Positions 21,133 through 33,747 of a stretch of 64,000 nt of DNA are shown here, piece by piece. The notes under the pieces are model-generated. The model worked only from the letters and a program-made list of their open reading frames with translations. It did no database searches and was not told the DNA's origin. This DNA is from an uncultured candidate division Zixibacteria bacterium. GTDB lineage: Bacteria > Zixibacteria > MSB-5A5 > GN15 > FEB-12. The DNA is taken from contig CAVTJJ010000004.1 in NCBI GenBank assembly GCA_963735035.1, forward strand, positions 832,001 to 896,000, given 5' to 3'. The position numbers and the translations under genes were made by a program. How positions within the stretch are numbered: position 1 is the stretch's first letter; each line of letters begins with the position of its first letter.

Positions 21133-21324
21133 CTCGAGCCTCCTGTTCTAAGGATTTATCGTTGTCTTCAGACCACGATACGATACCTTGTCCGAACAGA
21201 GGCTCAAATCACGAACAGTATCATAGTTACTTGCGGGTGGGGTGAGGTTTCACTTGCATAGAACGCACAGCAAGCTGTGGGGTACCAGGCATTTCATTGC
21301 GAATGGGGACGCATCCTCGTCCGC

Positions 21325-22035
21325 CTAGGTCTCGTCGTGATCCAGCCAGGTTAGCTTGGACATTTTGGCCTTGATGGCCACCGTCGCGGTGTCGACCATT
21401 TCTTCCACATCCATAAGGGCGGAGTTGAGAATCAGGTCGTAGTGATGCGGATCGTCGATGTTGTGGTTAAACAAATGCGCGACAAACTTGCGCCGGTCGG
21501 CATCAGATGCTTCGATCGACCGCTCGGCTTCCACCGGAGAAATCTGTTTGTACTTGACCAGGTTCTCGATCCGCTTGTCACGCGGGCAAACCACGCGAAG
21601 GTGAAAACCGCGCTGCGGTCCGAGGATGAAACTCCCGCCGCGTCCCATCAGCACCACGCCGCCGAGCTGCGACATCGACAGCACCGTTTGGCACAGGTGC
21701 TGGCCGTAGTCGCTGTAGTCGACCGATTGTCCCGTGAGAATTGTCTCGGCGAGTAGTTCGATCCGTCCGCGAAAGCGATCGTCGATCGATTCGATAATTC
21801 GTTTGCGAAGCCCCGATGATCGGCAGATCATGTCGATGGCTTCCCGATGCAGGCGCTGATAGCCGAGGCGTGAAGCGAGGCGCGATCCGAAATAGGAACC
21901 GCGACTGCCGGTCTGACGGCTGACCGTAATAATCGGCGCCGGATGAGGGCGACCCTGGATGGCCGGTTCGGTCTCTTTCTTCTCAAGTTCCCACTTGAGA
22001 AGCTGTCGATTTATGATGGCTTCTATCGAGGTCAT
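21325..22035 (-). CDS. Cytidylate kinase-like family protein
   Basis: IITVSRQTGSRG, VLMGRGG, SDADRRKF, YDLILNS. Confidence 0.88.
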   Translation of the reverse strand: MTSIEAIINRQLLKWELEKKETEPAIQGRPHPAPIITVSRQTGSRGSYFGSRLASRLGYQRLHREAIDMICRSSGLRKRIIESIDDRFRGRIELLAETILTGQSVDYSDYGQHLCQTVLSMSQLGGVVLMGRGGSFILGPQRGFHLRVVCPRDKRIENLVKYKQISPVEAERSIEASDADRRKFVAHLFNHNIDDPHHYDLILNSALMDVEEMVDTATVAIKAKMSKLTWLDHDET

Positions 22036-22160
22036 GGGCAGTACCTCCTGAGTAAAATATAGCGGATTGTTGAAAGTAGGCAACAACCTTGTAGAGTGCC
22101 ATTCCTGCCAATCTTGACACTTCACTCCCGGCTTTGGCCGCGCTATATTCCGGCAGCTCT

Positions 22161-23108
22161 ATGACTGAAGAACGTTTGCCCAAGCTCGATTTCGCGGTCG
22201 ATAAGGATTTTGCTCAAATCCTTACCAACCCGTTTATGGATATTGCCGCCCGGTTCTGGGACGAACCCCGCTACGAGGCGTTCCGGGTCTGCTATCGCAG
22301 CATGAGGCGGATTGACGATCTGGTAGACGACCGCAAGGTAGTTGGGGCTCCGCTCGGCGAAAGCGAACGCGTCCAGTATTTGGCAGCGATGAATCTCTGG
22401 TTGGACGTTGTCCGAAGCGGCCAGGCAACCGACGACTACACCCGCGAGCTGCTCGCTACCGTGCGTACGTTCTCCATTCCACTCTGGCCCTGGGAGCGGC
22501 TCTGCCGGGCGATGACCTATGATCTCGAGCATGACGGGTTTCGCAGCTATCGTACTTTCCTGAGATACTGTGAAGGGGCCGCGATAGCGCCGGCATCGGT
22601 CTTTGTGCATCTATGCGGGGTGGAGGAAGTGACTGAGGGGGTATTTCGCGCTCCTACTCTTGATATTCGACGGACCGCCCGACCACTGGCACTGTTTGCC
22701 TACCTGGTGCATATCCAAAGAGATTTCGTAAAAGATCAACTTCGAGGCCTGCATTATTTCGCCGACGATCTGATCGCAGCCAATGGGTTGACTCGTCAGG
22801 ATCTTCGCCACGCCGCCGAAACCGGCCGATTGACCTCGAATTTGCGCGCTTTGTTCGGTCGGTACCGTACCCTCGCGGGCTACTATCGGCGACAGTCCCG
22901 ATTAGTACTTGATAGGTTACCGGGTTCGGTGGCGCCGAGATATCGCCTCAGCCTGGAAGTCATTTACGGACTGTATGGCCTCGTCTTTGACCGGATCAAT
23001 CCGGATTCAGGTAGTTTCTCCGGTCGGGAACTGACGCCTTCTGCCGAGGAGATCAGAGAGCGGTTACAGAGCATAATTTCTGCCTTCAAGGCCGGCAATG
23101 ACTTGTAG
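22161..23108 (+). CDS. Squalene/phytoene synthase-family protein
   Basis: MRRIDDLVDD and HIQRDFVKD Asp-rich motifs. Confidence 0.8.
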   Translation: MTEERLPKLDFAVDKDFAQILTNPFMDIAARFWDEPRYEAFRVCYRSMRRIDDLVDDRKVVGAPLGESERVQYLAAMNLWLDVVRSGQATDDYTRELLATVRTFSIPLWPWERLCRAMTYDLEHDGFRSYRTFLRYCEGAAIAPASVFVHLCGVEEVTEGVFRAPTLDIRRTARPLALFAYLVHIQRDFVKDQLRGLHYFADDLIAANGLTRQDLRHAAETGRLTSNLRALFGRYRTLAGYYRRQSRLVLDRLPGSVAPRYRLSLEVIYGLYGLVFDRINPDSGSFSGRELTPSAEEIRERLQSIISAFKAGNDL

Positions 23109-23234
23109 GTAATCCGGAAGAATTCCTCTTCATTTCGGTAACTACTTCGAATAGAGCAACTTTTGGTTGATTCTGACCCTGGGAAAGGGACAGACTCCAA
23201 TAGTGTATAAAGACTTAGAGATGGAAGGTTGGTC

Positions 23235-24590
23235 ATGACAAAGACAGGATTGATCCTACTGGCGGTCGTCGCATCTGCCGGGATAGTATCGGCGGACGAA
23301 CTGGCGGTCACCGTGTACAACAGCAACCTGGGCGTGGTCAGTGAAACGCGCCAACTCGAATTCAGCAAAGGGATGGGCAAGCTGGCGTTCCGCGACGTAC
23401 CCTCGCTGATCGACGCCGCTTCTGTCCGGTTTGAACTGGTTAAGCCCGGGCACAAAGTGGATATTCTCGACCAGAACTATGCCTATGATCTGATTTCCCC
23501 CGGCAAGTTGTACGCGCGGTATCTGGATAGTCAAATAGAGCTGGTCGACAAGCAGGGGGGCCTCTATTCCGGAAAACTGCTCGCGCAGGTAGCTAATTCG
23601 GTGACACTGATGGATGAGTCGGGAAAGGTTAAGGTCATCTCTTTAGACGAAATGGTACAGACCAATTTTCCGGAACTCCCCGAAGGTCTGATTGCCCGCC
23701 CGACCTTGTTCTGGAACTATCTGTCTGATTATTCCGGCAAACTGGATTGCCGCGTCGGGTATCAGACGGTCGGACTGAACTGGGACGCCGAGTACGTCGG
23801 TCTGTTGGACGCCAAGGAGACCAACCTGGACTTGTCTGGATGGGCATCGATTGATAACAATTCCGGCAAGACGTACAGAGATGCCAAGCTGAAATTGATC
23901 GCGGGCGAGATCAACCGGGTCCAACCCACGAGAAAGGGGATGGACGAAGACATGTCAATCAGAGTGATGGGGTCCCCCATGGCGGCGGGGTTTGAAGAGA
24001 AGAGATTTTTCGAATACCACATGTACACGTTGCCTCGGACGGCTACGTTAGCTGACAACGAAAACAAGCAGATTTCCCTGTTCGAACCGGCCTCGACTAC
24101 GGTCAAGAAAGTATATTATTACCGCCCGGAACGGAGCGCGACCGACGTGCAGGTGGTAGTGGAATTTGTCAATTCAACCCAGACCGGTTTGGGGATGCCT
24201 CTGCCTGCGGGGCGGGTCAGGCTGTTCAAGGCCGACAGCGACGGCTCCCTGATTCTCCTCGGCGAAGATCAAATTGATCATACCCCCAAGGATGAGAAAA
24301 TGTCCCTGACAGTTGGCACTGCTTTCGACATCAAGGGCGAGGAGACGTTGGTGAATCAGACTCAGGTCTCCAAAAAGGTCGAGGATAGGGAGTTCAATTT
24401 GGAGTTGCGCAATCGCAAGGCGGAAGACGTCACGATTAAGATAGAAAAGGTCCTCTGGGGATTCTGGGAGATAACCCAGAGCACTCACGAGTATAAGAAG
24501 AAGGACGCCAATACGATCACGTTCGAAGTACCGGTGAAGGCCGATAGCACGGCAAACGTGAAGTATACGGTCAGGTTTACCAACCGGTAG
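23235..24590 (+). CDS. DUF4139-domain secreted protein
   Basis: VTVYNSNLGVV, WASIDNNSGKTY, EYHMYTL, GLGMPLPAGRVR. Confidence 0.85.
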   Translation: MTKTGLILLAVVASAGIVSADELAVTVYNSNLGVVSETRQLEFSKGMGKLAFRDVPSLIDAASVRFELVKPGHKVDILDQNYAYDLISPGKLYARYLDSQIELVDKQGGLYSGKLLAQVANSVTLMDESGKVKVISLDEMVQTNFPELPEGLIARPTLFWNYLSDYSGKLDCRVGYQTVGLNWDAEYVGLLDAKETNLDLSGWASIDNNSGKTYRDAKLKLIAGEINRVQPTRKGMDEDMSIRVMGSPMAAGFEEKRFFEYHMYTLPRTATLADNENKQISLFEPASTTVKKVYYYRPERSATDVQVVVEFVNSTQTGLGMPLPAGRVRLFKADSDGSLILLGEDQIDHTPKDEKMSLTVGTAFDIKGEETLVNQTQVSKKVEDREFNLELRNRKAEDVTIKIEKVLWGFWEITQSTHEYKKKDANTITFEVPVKADSTANVKYTVRFTNR

Positions 24591-24601
24591 CTTAAGACCG
24601 G

Positions 24602-24630
24602 TTGACAAGGGTCGGAGCGTCCTTTAGATT
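24602..24630 (+). promoter_or_regulatory. Sigma70-type promoter
   Basis: TTGACA-17-TAGATT upstream of TPR gene. Confidence 0.55.
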
Positions 24631-24672
24631 CGGGCAGTTTTTGAGATGGTGGTTGTGTCTAGGAGGTTATGA

Positions 24673-26097
24673 GTGAAGACGTTGTTGCGAGTGATAGTAG
24701 TGTCGGCTTTGATCACGGTGGCGGTTTCTACCGTCGTTTCCGCAGAGCAGCGAAAACTGCAACCCGGCACGTATATCTCAACGGTCAAGATCGAGATTCT
24801 CGGCTATGCTGAATCGAAAGAAGTAGCGCGCATAAACCTGGCAATGGCGATGCTGGATTCGCTGTTCATGTACTGGGGGCCTCACCCGGAAGGGTACTAT
24901 TGGTACAGCCAGATCAAGTGGGATCTGGCCAAAGAGAAGGGGAATTTGAAAGAGCGTCTCCCGATTGTCCGTCAGGCCGTCGCTTATGCCGATTCCCTCA
25001 AGTCCAGTTGCGCCAATGATAAGATCAAGAAGCCGTATCGCAAAGGATGCGAGAAGCTTGACGTCCAGATGGACTCCATCCGCGTGGCTGAATGGCGCGA
25101 TTACTACAACGCCGCCATAGGCCAGATCAAGGAAGTTGAGGATCAGGCGGAAGCGGTCAAGGTGGAGAAGGATTCAACGGCTCGCGCGTTTTATCAGACC
25201 CGGCTGGATGCCATCACAGACAGTTGCCAGGACAACATGGAGTTGGCTATTACGATCGACTCTACCGATTCCAGGCCGTTTGTGGGACTGGCGACCATCA
25301 ACGAGAAAGTCGGCAAATTTGATCAGGCTATAGAATTCTTCAAGCGCGGGATGCCGTACGCCGAAGATCGCAACCAGATGCTGATTTCGATCGCATACGA
25401 TTACATTCAGATGAACAAGTATTGCGAGGCAATCCCCTGGTTCACCGAATACGTTGACAGCATGACTTCCAAGACGGCGGTGATGCAGGATCCGACCAAT
25501 CGCGCGGCGGTCGTCGGCACCGCTCAGAACCTGGCCATCTGCTACAACAACTGCAAACAATTCGATAATGCGTACGCCTTGTTCAAACGCATCTTGAGTT
25601 TCGACCCGGAAAATGTCGATGCGTTGGTAGGCGAAGCCAGATATCAGCAGTTCCGTGGACGCGAGTCGGGCGACTCCGCCAAGGCCGCCCGTGAAGGTGG
25701 CCGCGAGAAAGACGCGACGACCTGGCAGCAGGCTCGTGACGCCAGATTTGACTCGGCTCGTGTCGTCCTCAAGCAGGCTTTCGCACTGGCTCCTGAGAAC
25801 GCCGACGTTGCCTCGGAGTACGGTCTGATGTCCGCCATTTTACAGAAATTTGACGAAGCCAAGATCGCATTTGTGCGCGCCTCTCAGCTATCCCCCAACG
25901 ACATCGACAACTGGACCTCGCTCGGCGACTGCAACTTGAGCCTGCGCGCCTGGGCGGATGCCGCTGCGGCGTACGAGCACGTGGTTGAATTGCAGCCGGA
26001 TAGGAAAGCGGTCTGGGAACGCCTCTCGGATCTCTATCAGGAAACCGGCAACACGGCCCGTCGCGAGGAAATTCTCAAGAAATTGAAGTCGATGTAG
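24673..26097 (+). CDS. Exported tetratricopeptide-repeat protein
   Basis: Signal peptide; multiple TPR-like units; AGGAGG RBS. Confidence 0.85.
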   Translation: MKTLLRVIVVSALITVAVSTVVSAEQRKLQPGTYISTVKIEILGYAESKEVARINLAMAMLDSLFMYWGPHPEGYYWYSQIKWDLAKEKGNLKERLPIVRQAVAYADSLKSSCANDKIKKPYRKGCEKLDVQMDSIRVAEWRDYYNAAIGQIKEVEDQAEAVKVEKDSTARAFYQTRLDAITDSCQDNMELAITIDSTDSRPFVGLATINEKVGKFDQAIEFFKRGMPYAEDRNQMLISIAYDYIQMNKYCEAIPWFTEYVDSMTSKTAVMQDPTNRAAVVGTAQNLAICYNNCKQFDNAYALFKRILSFDPENVDALVGEARYQQFRGRESGDSAKAAREGGREKDATTWQQARDARFDSARVVLKQAFALAPENADVASEYGLMSAILQKFDEAKIAFVRASQLSPNDIDNWTSLGDCNLSLRAWADAAAAYEHVVELQPDRKAVWERLSDLYQETGNTARREEILKKLKSM

Positions 26098-26119
26098 ATC
26101 GCAATCTAATGTGATGTCG

Positions 26120-26150
26120 AAAGGGCTGGCCGTGGGCCGGCCCTTTTCTT
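26120..26150 (+). terminator. Intrinsic terminator
   Basis: aaagggctggcc-gtg-ggccggccctttt. Confidence 0.7.
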
Positions 26151-26164
26151 ATATAGCACGGGCT

Positions 26165-28558
26165 ATGACTTCATTCCGGCGTCTGGTCAAAGTGGCCGTG
26201 GCAGGGCCGCTTCGACGCACCTTCACCTACCATCTCTCCGAGGAAACCGGTGATCTCGAACCGGGCCGACGGGTTCTGGTCGAGTTCGGCCGTCGACGTA
26301 CGGTCGGTTTCTGCCTCGGTGAAGGCGAGGCGGTCGCAGGTGTGGTCACCAAACCGATTATTCGCTGGCTCGATCCGGGGAGCTTCTTCCCGAAAGAACT
26401 GTTCGATCTCTGTCTCTGGATGGCGGACTACTACTTCGCCAACCCGGCCGATTGTCTGATATGTGCGCTGCCGCCGTCGCTCAAAGCCGCCAATCCGCTC
26501 ATATTGCGCTGGGCTGAAGAGCTTCCGGCGGAGACTCCGCCGAATGCGGTGCCGTTCTTTCGAAGCGGCAAGAAACTGACCCCGGCTACTGTTGAAAGCC
26601 TGCGTAAGGTCAGCCGTACGCTGCCGAACGAGTTGACCAGTCTCGGAGTGATTTGTGAAGAGTGGCCTGAGACTGCTCAGGGCAGCCGGCAAATCGTGCA
26701 TGCCTATCGCGCGACCGCAAGTGATAGATGGCCCGAGTTCTTCAAGGGACGTCGCTTTCAACCGGCGCCTTTCGGAGATGAACTCGACCGGGAAGCTCTT
26801 AACTGCCACGGATGGACTGACCACTACATCCGACTCGCACTCAAAGAAGGGCTGCTTGCGCCGTTGTTCGAATCGGCTGAGGACGATATTCTCGGCTTTG
26901 TTACGCCCCGATCAGGAGTTGGCGAATTATTACCCAACGCCGGCCAGCAAAGCGCGATTGACAGCCTGAATGCCACACTTGGTGGACCGTTCGGTGTTAC
27001 GCTGTTGCACGGTGTCACCGGCTCGGGCAAGACGCTCGTCTATTGTCATGCCGTAAAGAAAGCAATCGAGTCGGGCGGCTCGGCGCTGGTATTGACACCT
27101 GAGATTGCTCTTTCCGGTTCGACCCTGTCGTATTTTCGAGGGTTCTTTGGCGATATTGTGACAGTCATTCATTCCGCCATGACCGAGCGGGAACGATGGG
27201 AGAGCTGGCGGGGGATCAGGCAGGGGAAGTATCGGGTAGTAATCGGCCCGCGGTCGGCCCTATTCGCGCCGCTGGTCGATCTGAAATTTATCGTGGTTGA
27301 CGAAGAGCACGACTCATCTTACAAGCAGGTCGATCCGTCACCCCGATTTCACGGCCGTGACGCCGCCATCATGCGGGCGAAGATCAATCGGATTCCGGTG
27401 CTGCTCGGATCGGCGTCGCCGTCGCTCGAATCATACTATAACGCCCGTTCGGGGAAGTACCGCCTGTTAACGCTGGACGAGCGCCCGGCCGGGGCGACAT
27501 TGCCGCGTGTGACTATTTTGGACATGGCCACCCAGCGTTTGCAAGGGGACACGCAGTATCTGTCATTTGTTCTCAAGAAAGAAATTGATCGGCGATTGGA
27601 GCTCAATCATCAGGTGATTCTCTTTCTTAACCGGCGCGGCTATTCACCCCAATTGAAATGCGCCGATTGCGGTCATGTGCCCGCCTGTCCTCACTGCGAG
27701 ATCAAACTGACATATCACAAGATGGGTCCCAAGCTGGCCTGTCATTATTGCGGTCACACAGTGGTCGGATATCACACTTGCGAAAAGTGTGCCGGCAGCA
27801 ATTTCCTGTATCCCGGAGCGGGCACACAGAAGGTTGAGGAACATGTGGCGCGACTGTTTGTGCAGGGGAAGGTGCTCCGCTTTGATTCCGACACGGCGTC
27901 CGGCCGCACTAATGCGCATCGGCTTCTGCACGAATTCGCCCAGCGGCAGTACAACTTGTTGCTGGGGACACAGATGGTCACGAAGGGGCTCGATCTCCCC
28001 GGTGTGACGCTGGTAGGCGTGCTTTCGGCCGATCATGGCATTGACCTGCCCGATTTTCGCGCCTCGGAGAAGACTTTTTCGAGACTGCTGCAGGTAGCAG
28101 GACGCTCCGGGCGAGGCCAGAGTCCCGGCGATGTTTTCATCCAGACCTATTATCCGCAGAGTGCTGTTATCGTCGATGCCGCTCGACAGGACTTTGTCAG
28201 CTTCTACGAGCGCGAGATTGAATCGAGACGCCTGCACCGCTTCCCGCCGTTTAGTCGTTTGGTACGGGTGGTGGTAGCTTCGGCTGAGAAAGTGCAAGTC
28301 GAGTGGGCTATCGCGCAGTTCGCTTCTGAATTGGCCGACCGATGCGCCAAACAGGGGTTGAAAATCGATATTATGGGGCCGACCGCCTGCCCGATCAGTC
28401 TGTTGCGCGGGCTACACAGGCAGCATCTGCTCGTGAGGACTTCCCGGCCGCTCGATCTTGGGCGTCTGCTGACAGAATGGGAATCAGGAGTTTCTAAGTT
28501 TGGTTTCCCGGCCGCGATGAAGGTTTCGGTCGATGTCGATCCCGACGACATGATGTGA
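26165..28558 (+). CDS. priA: Primosomal protein N'
   Basis: GVTGSGKT, DEEHD, LGSASPS, Zn-finger Cys pairs, QVAGRSGR, DVDP. Confidence 0.97.
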   Translation: MTSFRRLVKVAVAGPLRRTFTYHLSEETGDLEPGRRVLVEFGRRRTVGFCLGEGEAVAGVVTKPIIRWLDPGSFFPKELFDLCLWMADYYFANPADCLICALPPSLKAANPLILRWAEELPAETPPNAVPFFRSGKKLTPATVESLRKVSRTLPNELTSLGVICEEWPETAQGSRQIVHAYRATASDRWPEFFKGRRFQPAPFGDELDREALNCHGWTDHYIRLALKEGLLAPLFESAEDDILGFVTPRSGVGELLPNAGQQSAIDSLNATLGGPFGVTLLHGVTGSGKTLVYCHAVKKAIESGGSALVLTPEIALSGSTLSYFRGFFGDIVTVIHSAMTERERWESWRGIRQGKYRVVIGPRSALFAPLVDLKFIVVDEEHDSSYKQVDPSPRFHGRDAAIMRAKINRIPVLLGSASPSLESYYNARSGKYRLLTLDERPAGATLPRVTILDMATQRLQGDTQYLSFVLKKEIDRRLELNHQVILFLNRRGYSPQLKCADCGHVPACPHCEIKLTYHKMGPKLACHYCGHTVVGYHTCEKCAGSNFLYPGAGTQKVEEHVARLFVQGKVLRFDSDTASGRTNAHRLLHEFAQRQYNLLLGTQMVTKGLDLPGVTLVGVLSADHGIDLPDFRASEKTFSRLLQVAGRSGRGQSPGDVFIQTYYPQSAVIVDAARQDFVSFYEREIESRRLHRFPPFSRLVRVVVASAEKVQVEWAIAQFASELADRCAKQGLKIDIMGPTACPISLLRGLHRQHLLVRTSRPLDLGRLLTEWESGVSKFGFPAAMKVSVDVDPDDMM

Positions 28559-28733
28559 CGCGTCCTGTCCGGTTTTCCGCACTGCGCTCGGGCGGGCGCT
28601 CGATCACCGTGCCCGGCCCGCCGCGGCGGGCCCACATCTGCCGTCTTCACCGAACCGTGTACGCCGGCCGGCGGTCTCGCTAATCATTTTTTTCCTTGGC
28701 GTTTGGTCCGTTGCGGAGCTATTATATTACAAT

Positions 28734-29357
28734 ATGACCACGACGGGAAACCTTGAGATTGAGATCAAGGTCCAACTCGAGTCGTTTACCGACTATTTGA
28801 AATTGCTCGGTCACCTCGGGCCGATCGACCGCGAAGAACATCATCACAACGCTTTCTTCGATTCGCCCGAGAAGGAACTGGCCGGGGCGGGGTATGTGCT
28901 TCGGGTCAGAGCAACCGACCGGTATGGTTCCATTACGCTAAAGAGCGCCGGTTCGCAGAAAGATGCGCTGGCAGTACGCGAGGAAATCATCGGCGAGATC
29001 GACTCGGGATTGGCGCGGCGAATCATCGAGGGACAAGCCGACCTGATGTCCGTCGAGACCGCCTCGATGCAGGTGGTACGACGCATGTTCCCCAAGTTGA
29101 AACCGCAGATGATGATTCAGTTCCGAAACGAACGACACATCAAGAAATACCAGCTCGGTGAATGTGACATCGAACTCGAGATCGACAAGACCGAATTCGC
29201 CGACGGTTCCAACGAGTATGAGATCGAAGTCGAGTTGGCCGATCTGAAACAGTTCGAGCCGGTGAACGCTTGTTTGATGCAATTACTGCACACGTTGTCG
29301 ATACCGTACGCGGGCCAGTCGAAGAGCAAGTTCGAGCGCGCGCTGGCGCACCGGTAA
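28734..29357 (+). CDS. CYTH-domain protein
   Basis: EIEIK, LRVR, YEIEVE, SKFER. Confidence 0.88.
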   Translation: MTTTGNLEIEIKVQLESFTDYLKLLGHLGPIDREEHHHNAFFDSPEKELAGAGYVLRVRATDRYGSITLKSAGSQKDALAVREEIIGEIDSGLARRIIEGQADLMSVETASMQVVRRMFPKLKPQMMIQFRNERHIKKYQLGECDIELEIDKTEFADGSNEYEIEVELADLKQFEPVNACLMQLLHTLSIPYAGQSKSKFERALAHR

Positions 29358-29394
29358 GCCTACTATCTAAGCGCAATACAGGAGGAGTCTCCGG

Positions 29395-30579
29395 ATGCTG
29401 ACATCACGAACAGTCATAGCTCTCATGTCATTCGTATTCACTCTTGCCTGTGTGCCGTTTGAACTACTTAAGGCCCAGGATGCAGCCGTCACGTTCTTGG
29501 GAATTGTTCATTCGGCCAGGGCGAACGGGATGGGATCGTGTGTTGTGACTATGGTCAGCGAGGAGTCGGCTTACTATAACCCTGCTTCAGCTGGGTTGCT
29601 GCATCTGGACAAGACTGTAGCGTTTGTTGCGCCGCACAGCACCAAATGGTTGCCAGAAACGGCGGATGACTTACGGCTCAAGAGCTGGAGCGCGAGCGTT
29701 TGCGTATCACGGAAACCGTTCCAGAAACAGGATCCCAAAGAGGCCAACTTCTCGGTCGGGCTGGCCTATTCGTATGCCACCCTGAATTATGGAATGTTTG
29801 AGAGTATTAACGAGAACGGGACTGCCATCGGTCAGTTTGAAGCCTATGATGCCGTCAAGTGTCTGACCGTGGGTTTGGGATATAGACATAAGGTACGCGT
29901 CGGTCTCGGTTATGCGATCAAGTTTATTGAATCACATCTGGCGCCCCAAGGTGCGGGAGCAGAAGCGGGCAGTGGAAGCGCCGACGGCACCGCTCATCAA
30001 CTCGGGCTGATAGCCGAGCTGCCGTTTCATGAGTTGGCGGCGGGAGATAGATCGAGCGATCAAACAACGGCCGGGCGCACCGAACTACAGGCCACTCCCA
30101 CTTTCGCGTATGTTCTCGACAATCTCGGAAAGGACTTAAACTACGCCGATGCTGCACAATCAGACAAGCTTCCCAGGCTGAGTCGGTTAGGCTTTTCGCT
30201 GCCGCTGGCCATCGTTTCTGACGGCAAGGAGTATTGCTCTTTCCGTGGCGTGATGGAATGGGAAAAGCTACAGGTCGACGATGTTCCCATCCTGGAGAAG
30301 AAAGGGCTGGAAGTTGGAATCCTGAGAGCGCTCTTCTTACGCATAGGTCAGTTCGATACTTACGGAGCGCCCGGGCAACTCTCCACCTATGGCGCTGGGT
30401 TTCGTCTGCGCGGCCTTCTCAACGGAGGACGTCAGTTCAATGAAACGAACGATAATGGCGACTTCGGAGTGTACTTGAAGCAGCATGTAGATCTTGCAGT
30501 CGATTACGCCAGGTATGGCAATCCGAAAGACAACAACTATTCAAAGACCTGGTTCTACGCCATCAGCGTATCGCTGTGA
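29395..30579 (+). CDS. PorV/PorQ-like outer-membrane beta-barrel protein
   Basis: FLGIVHSARANGMG, YYNPA, terminal beta-strands. Confidence 0.7.
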   Translation: MLTSRTVIALMSFVFTLACVPFELLKAQDAAVTFLGIVHSARANGMGSCVVTMVSEESAYYNPASAGLLHLDKTVAFVAPHSTKWLPETADDLRLKSWSASVCVSRKPFQKQDPKEANFSVGLAYSYATLNYGMFESINENGTAIGQFEAYDAVKCLTVGLGYRHKVRVGLGYAIKFIESHLAPQGAGAEAGSGSADGTAHQLGLIAELPFHELAAGDRSSDQTTAGRTELQATPTFAYVLDNLGKDLNYADAAQSDKLPRLSRLGFSLPLAIVSDGKEYCSFRGVMEWEKLQVDDVPILEKKGLEVGILRALFLRIGQFDTYGAPGQLSTYGAGFRLRGLLNGGRQFNETNDNGDFGVYLKQHVDLAVDYARYGNPKDNNYSKTWFYAISVSL

Positions 30580-30698
30580 GGTGGCGCGTGGAGATTCCGT
30601 GTGCCGACAATAGGAAGAACAAGTTCGAGCCGAAGTTAGTGAAAGTTAAGAGACAGTTTCAGCGGATTCGCAACGTCTTGTTTGGAGTGTGATTACAT

Positions 30699-31412
30699 AT
30701 GAGTCAGGGTGAGTATGGGAGCGCAGATATTAGCGCATGGGCTACGGCTGGTGCCACTTTTCTGCTCGCGTTTGTCGCAGTATTTCAGGATTGGATTAGA
30801 GCAAAGCTCTGGAAGCCCAAATTAGAGATAAGCTATTCACCGCAGCCTCCGGATGCGCATAGGACCTTTTTGGCGGGGTCGCATGTCCCATGTTACTTCT
30901 TCTTATTGCGAGTTAGAAATAGCGGCAAGTGCGGCGCAACAAATGTCGAGGTGTCAGCCAGGCGGTTGTTCAAGAAACACACTGATGGTACGTATGCAAG
31001 GGTGTCAACTTTTCTGCCACAGAACATAATGGAGTCGTTTTCAGGCAATGCGATGATTGAGACTGTAGCGCCGGGATTGGAGAAGCACTTCACGATTGGT
31101 CACGTTTTGCATCCGCCGTATCGAGTGGGTCAGTCAGATCTCGATCTGCCGGGAAGCGCTGGACTCAATGATACGGTATTCTCTATTGGAGTCCTATTCC
31201 CCTCCAATAACAAGAACCACTTGCTACCTCCAGGTGACTATGCCATTGAGATCGTAGCTGGCGCCGCTAACATGGCCAAGACGGTCACGCGAGTTGTCAC
31301 AGTATCTCATTCCAGATGGTTGGACGAAGAAATACCGATGGTTTCAGATGGAGTTAGAATAGCTGTTCGGCTTCCAGGAGATCTTCCTGGGCTTCAGCTG
31401 CCAAAAGAGTAA
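30699..31412 (+). CDS. Hypothetical protein with N-terminal TM helix
   Basis: 237-aa ORF, more AT-rich, convergent on gyrB. Confidence 0.7.
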   Translation: MSQGEYGSADISAWATAGATFLLAFVAVFQDWIRAKLWKPKLEISYSPQPPDAHRTFLAGSHVPCYFFLLRVRNSGKCGATNVEVSARRLFKKHTDGTYARVSTFLPQNIMESFSGNAMIETVAPGLEKHFTIGHVLHPPYRVGQSDLDLPGSAGLNDTVFSIGVLFPSNNKNHLLPPGDYAIEIVAGAANMAKTVTRVVTVSHSRWLDEEIPMVSDGVRIAVRLPGDLPGLQLPKE

Positions 31413-31460
31413 GACTGTTTTCTAACCGTTCGCTACTTCGCTGTATTCCCTAAAGGTGGC

Positions 31461-33747
<2,287 letters not shown>

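Larger units (their letters stand above)
19859..21231 (-). mobile_element. IS110-family element (IS1111-like layout) inserted in a REP hairpin
   Basis: CT core at 19859-60 and 21230-31; sub-terminal IR ctatgtactg / cagtatcatag; flanks rejoin to cccacccgCTtgcgggtggg. Confidence 0.9.
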
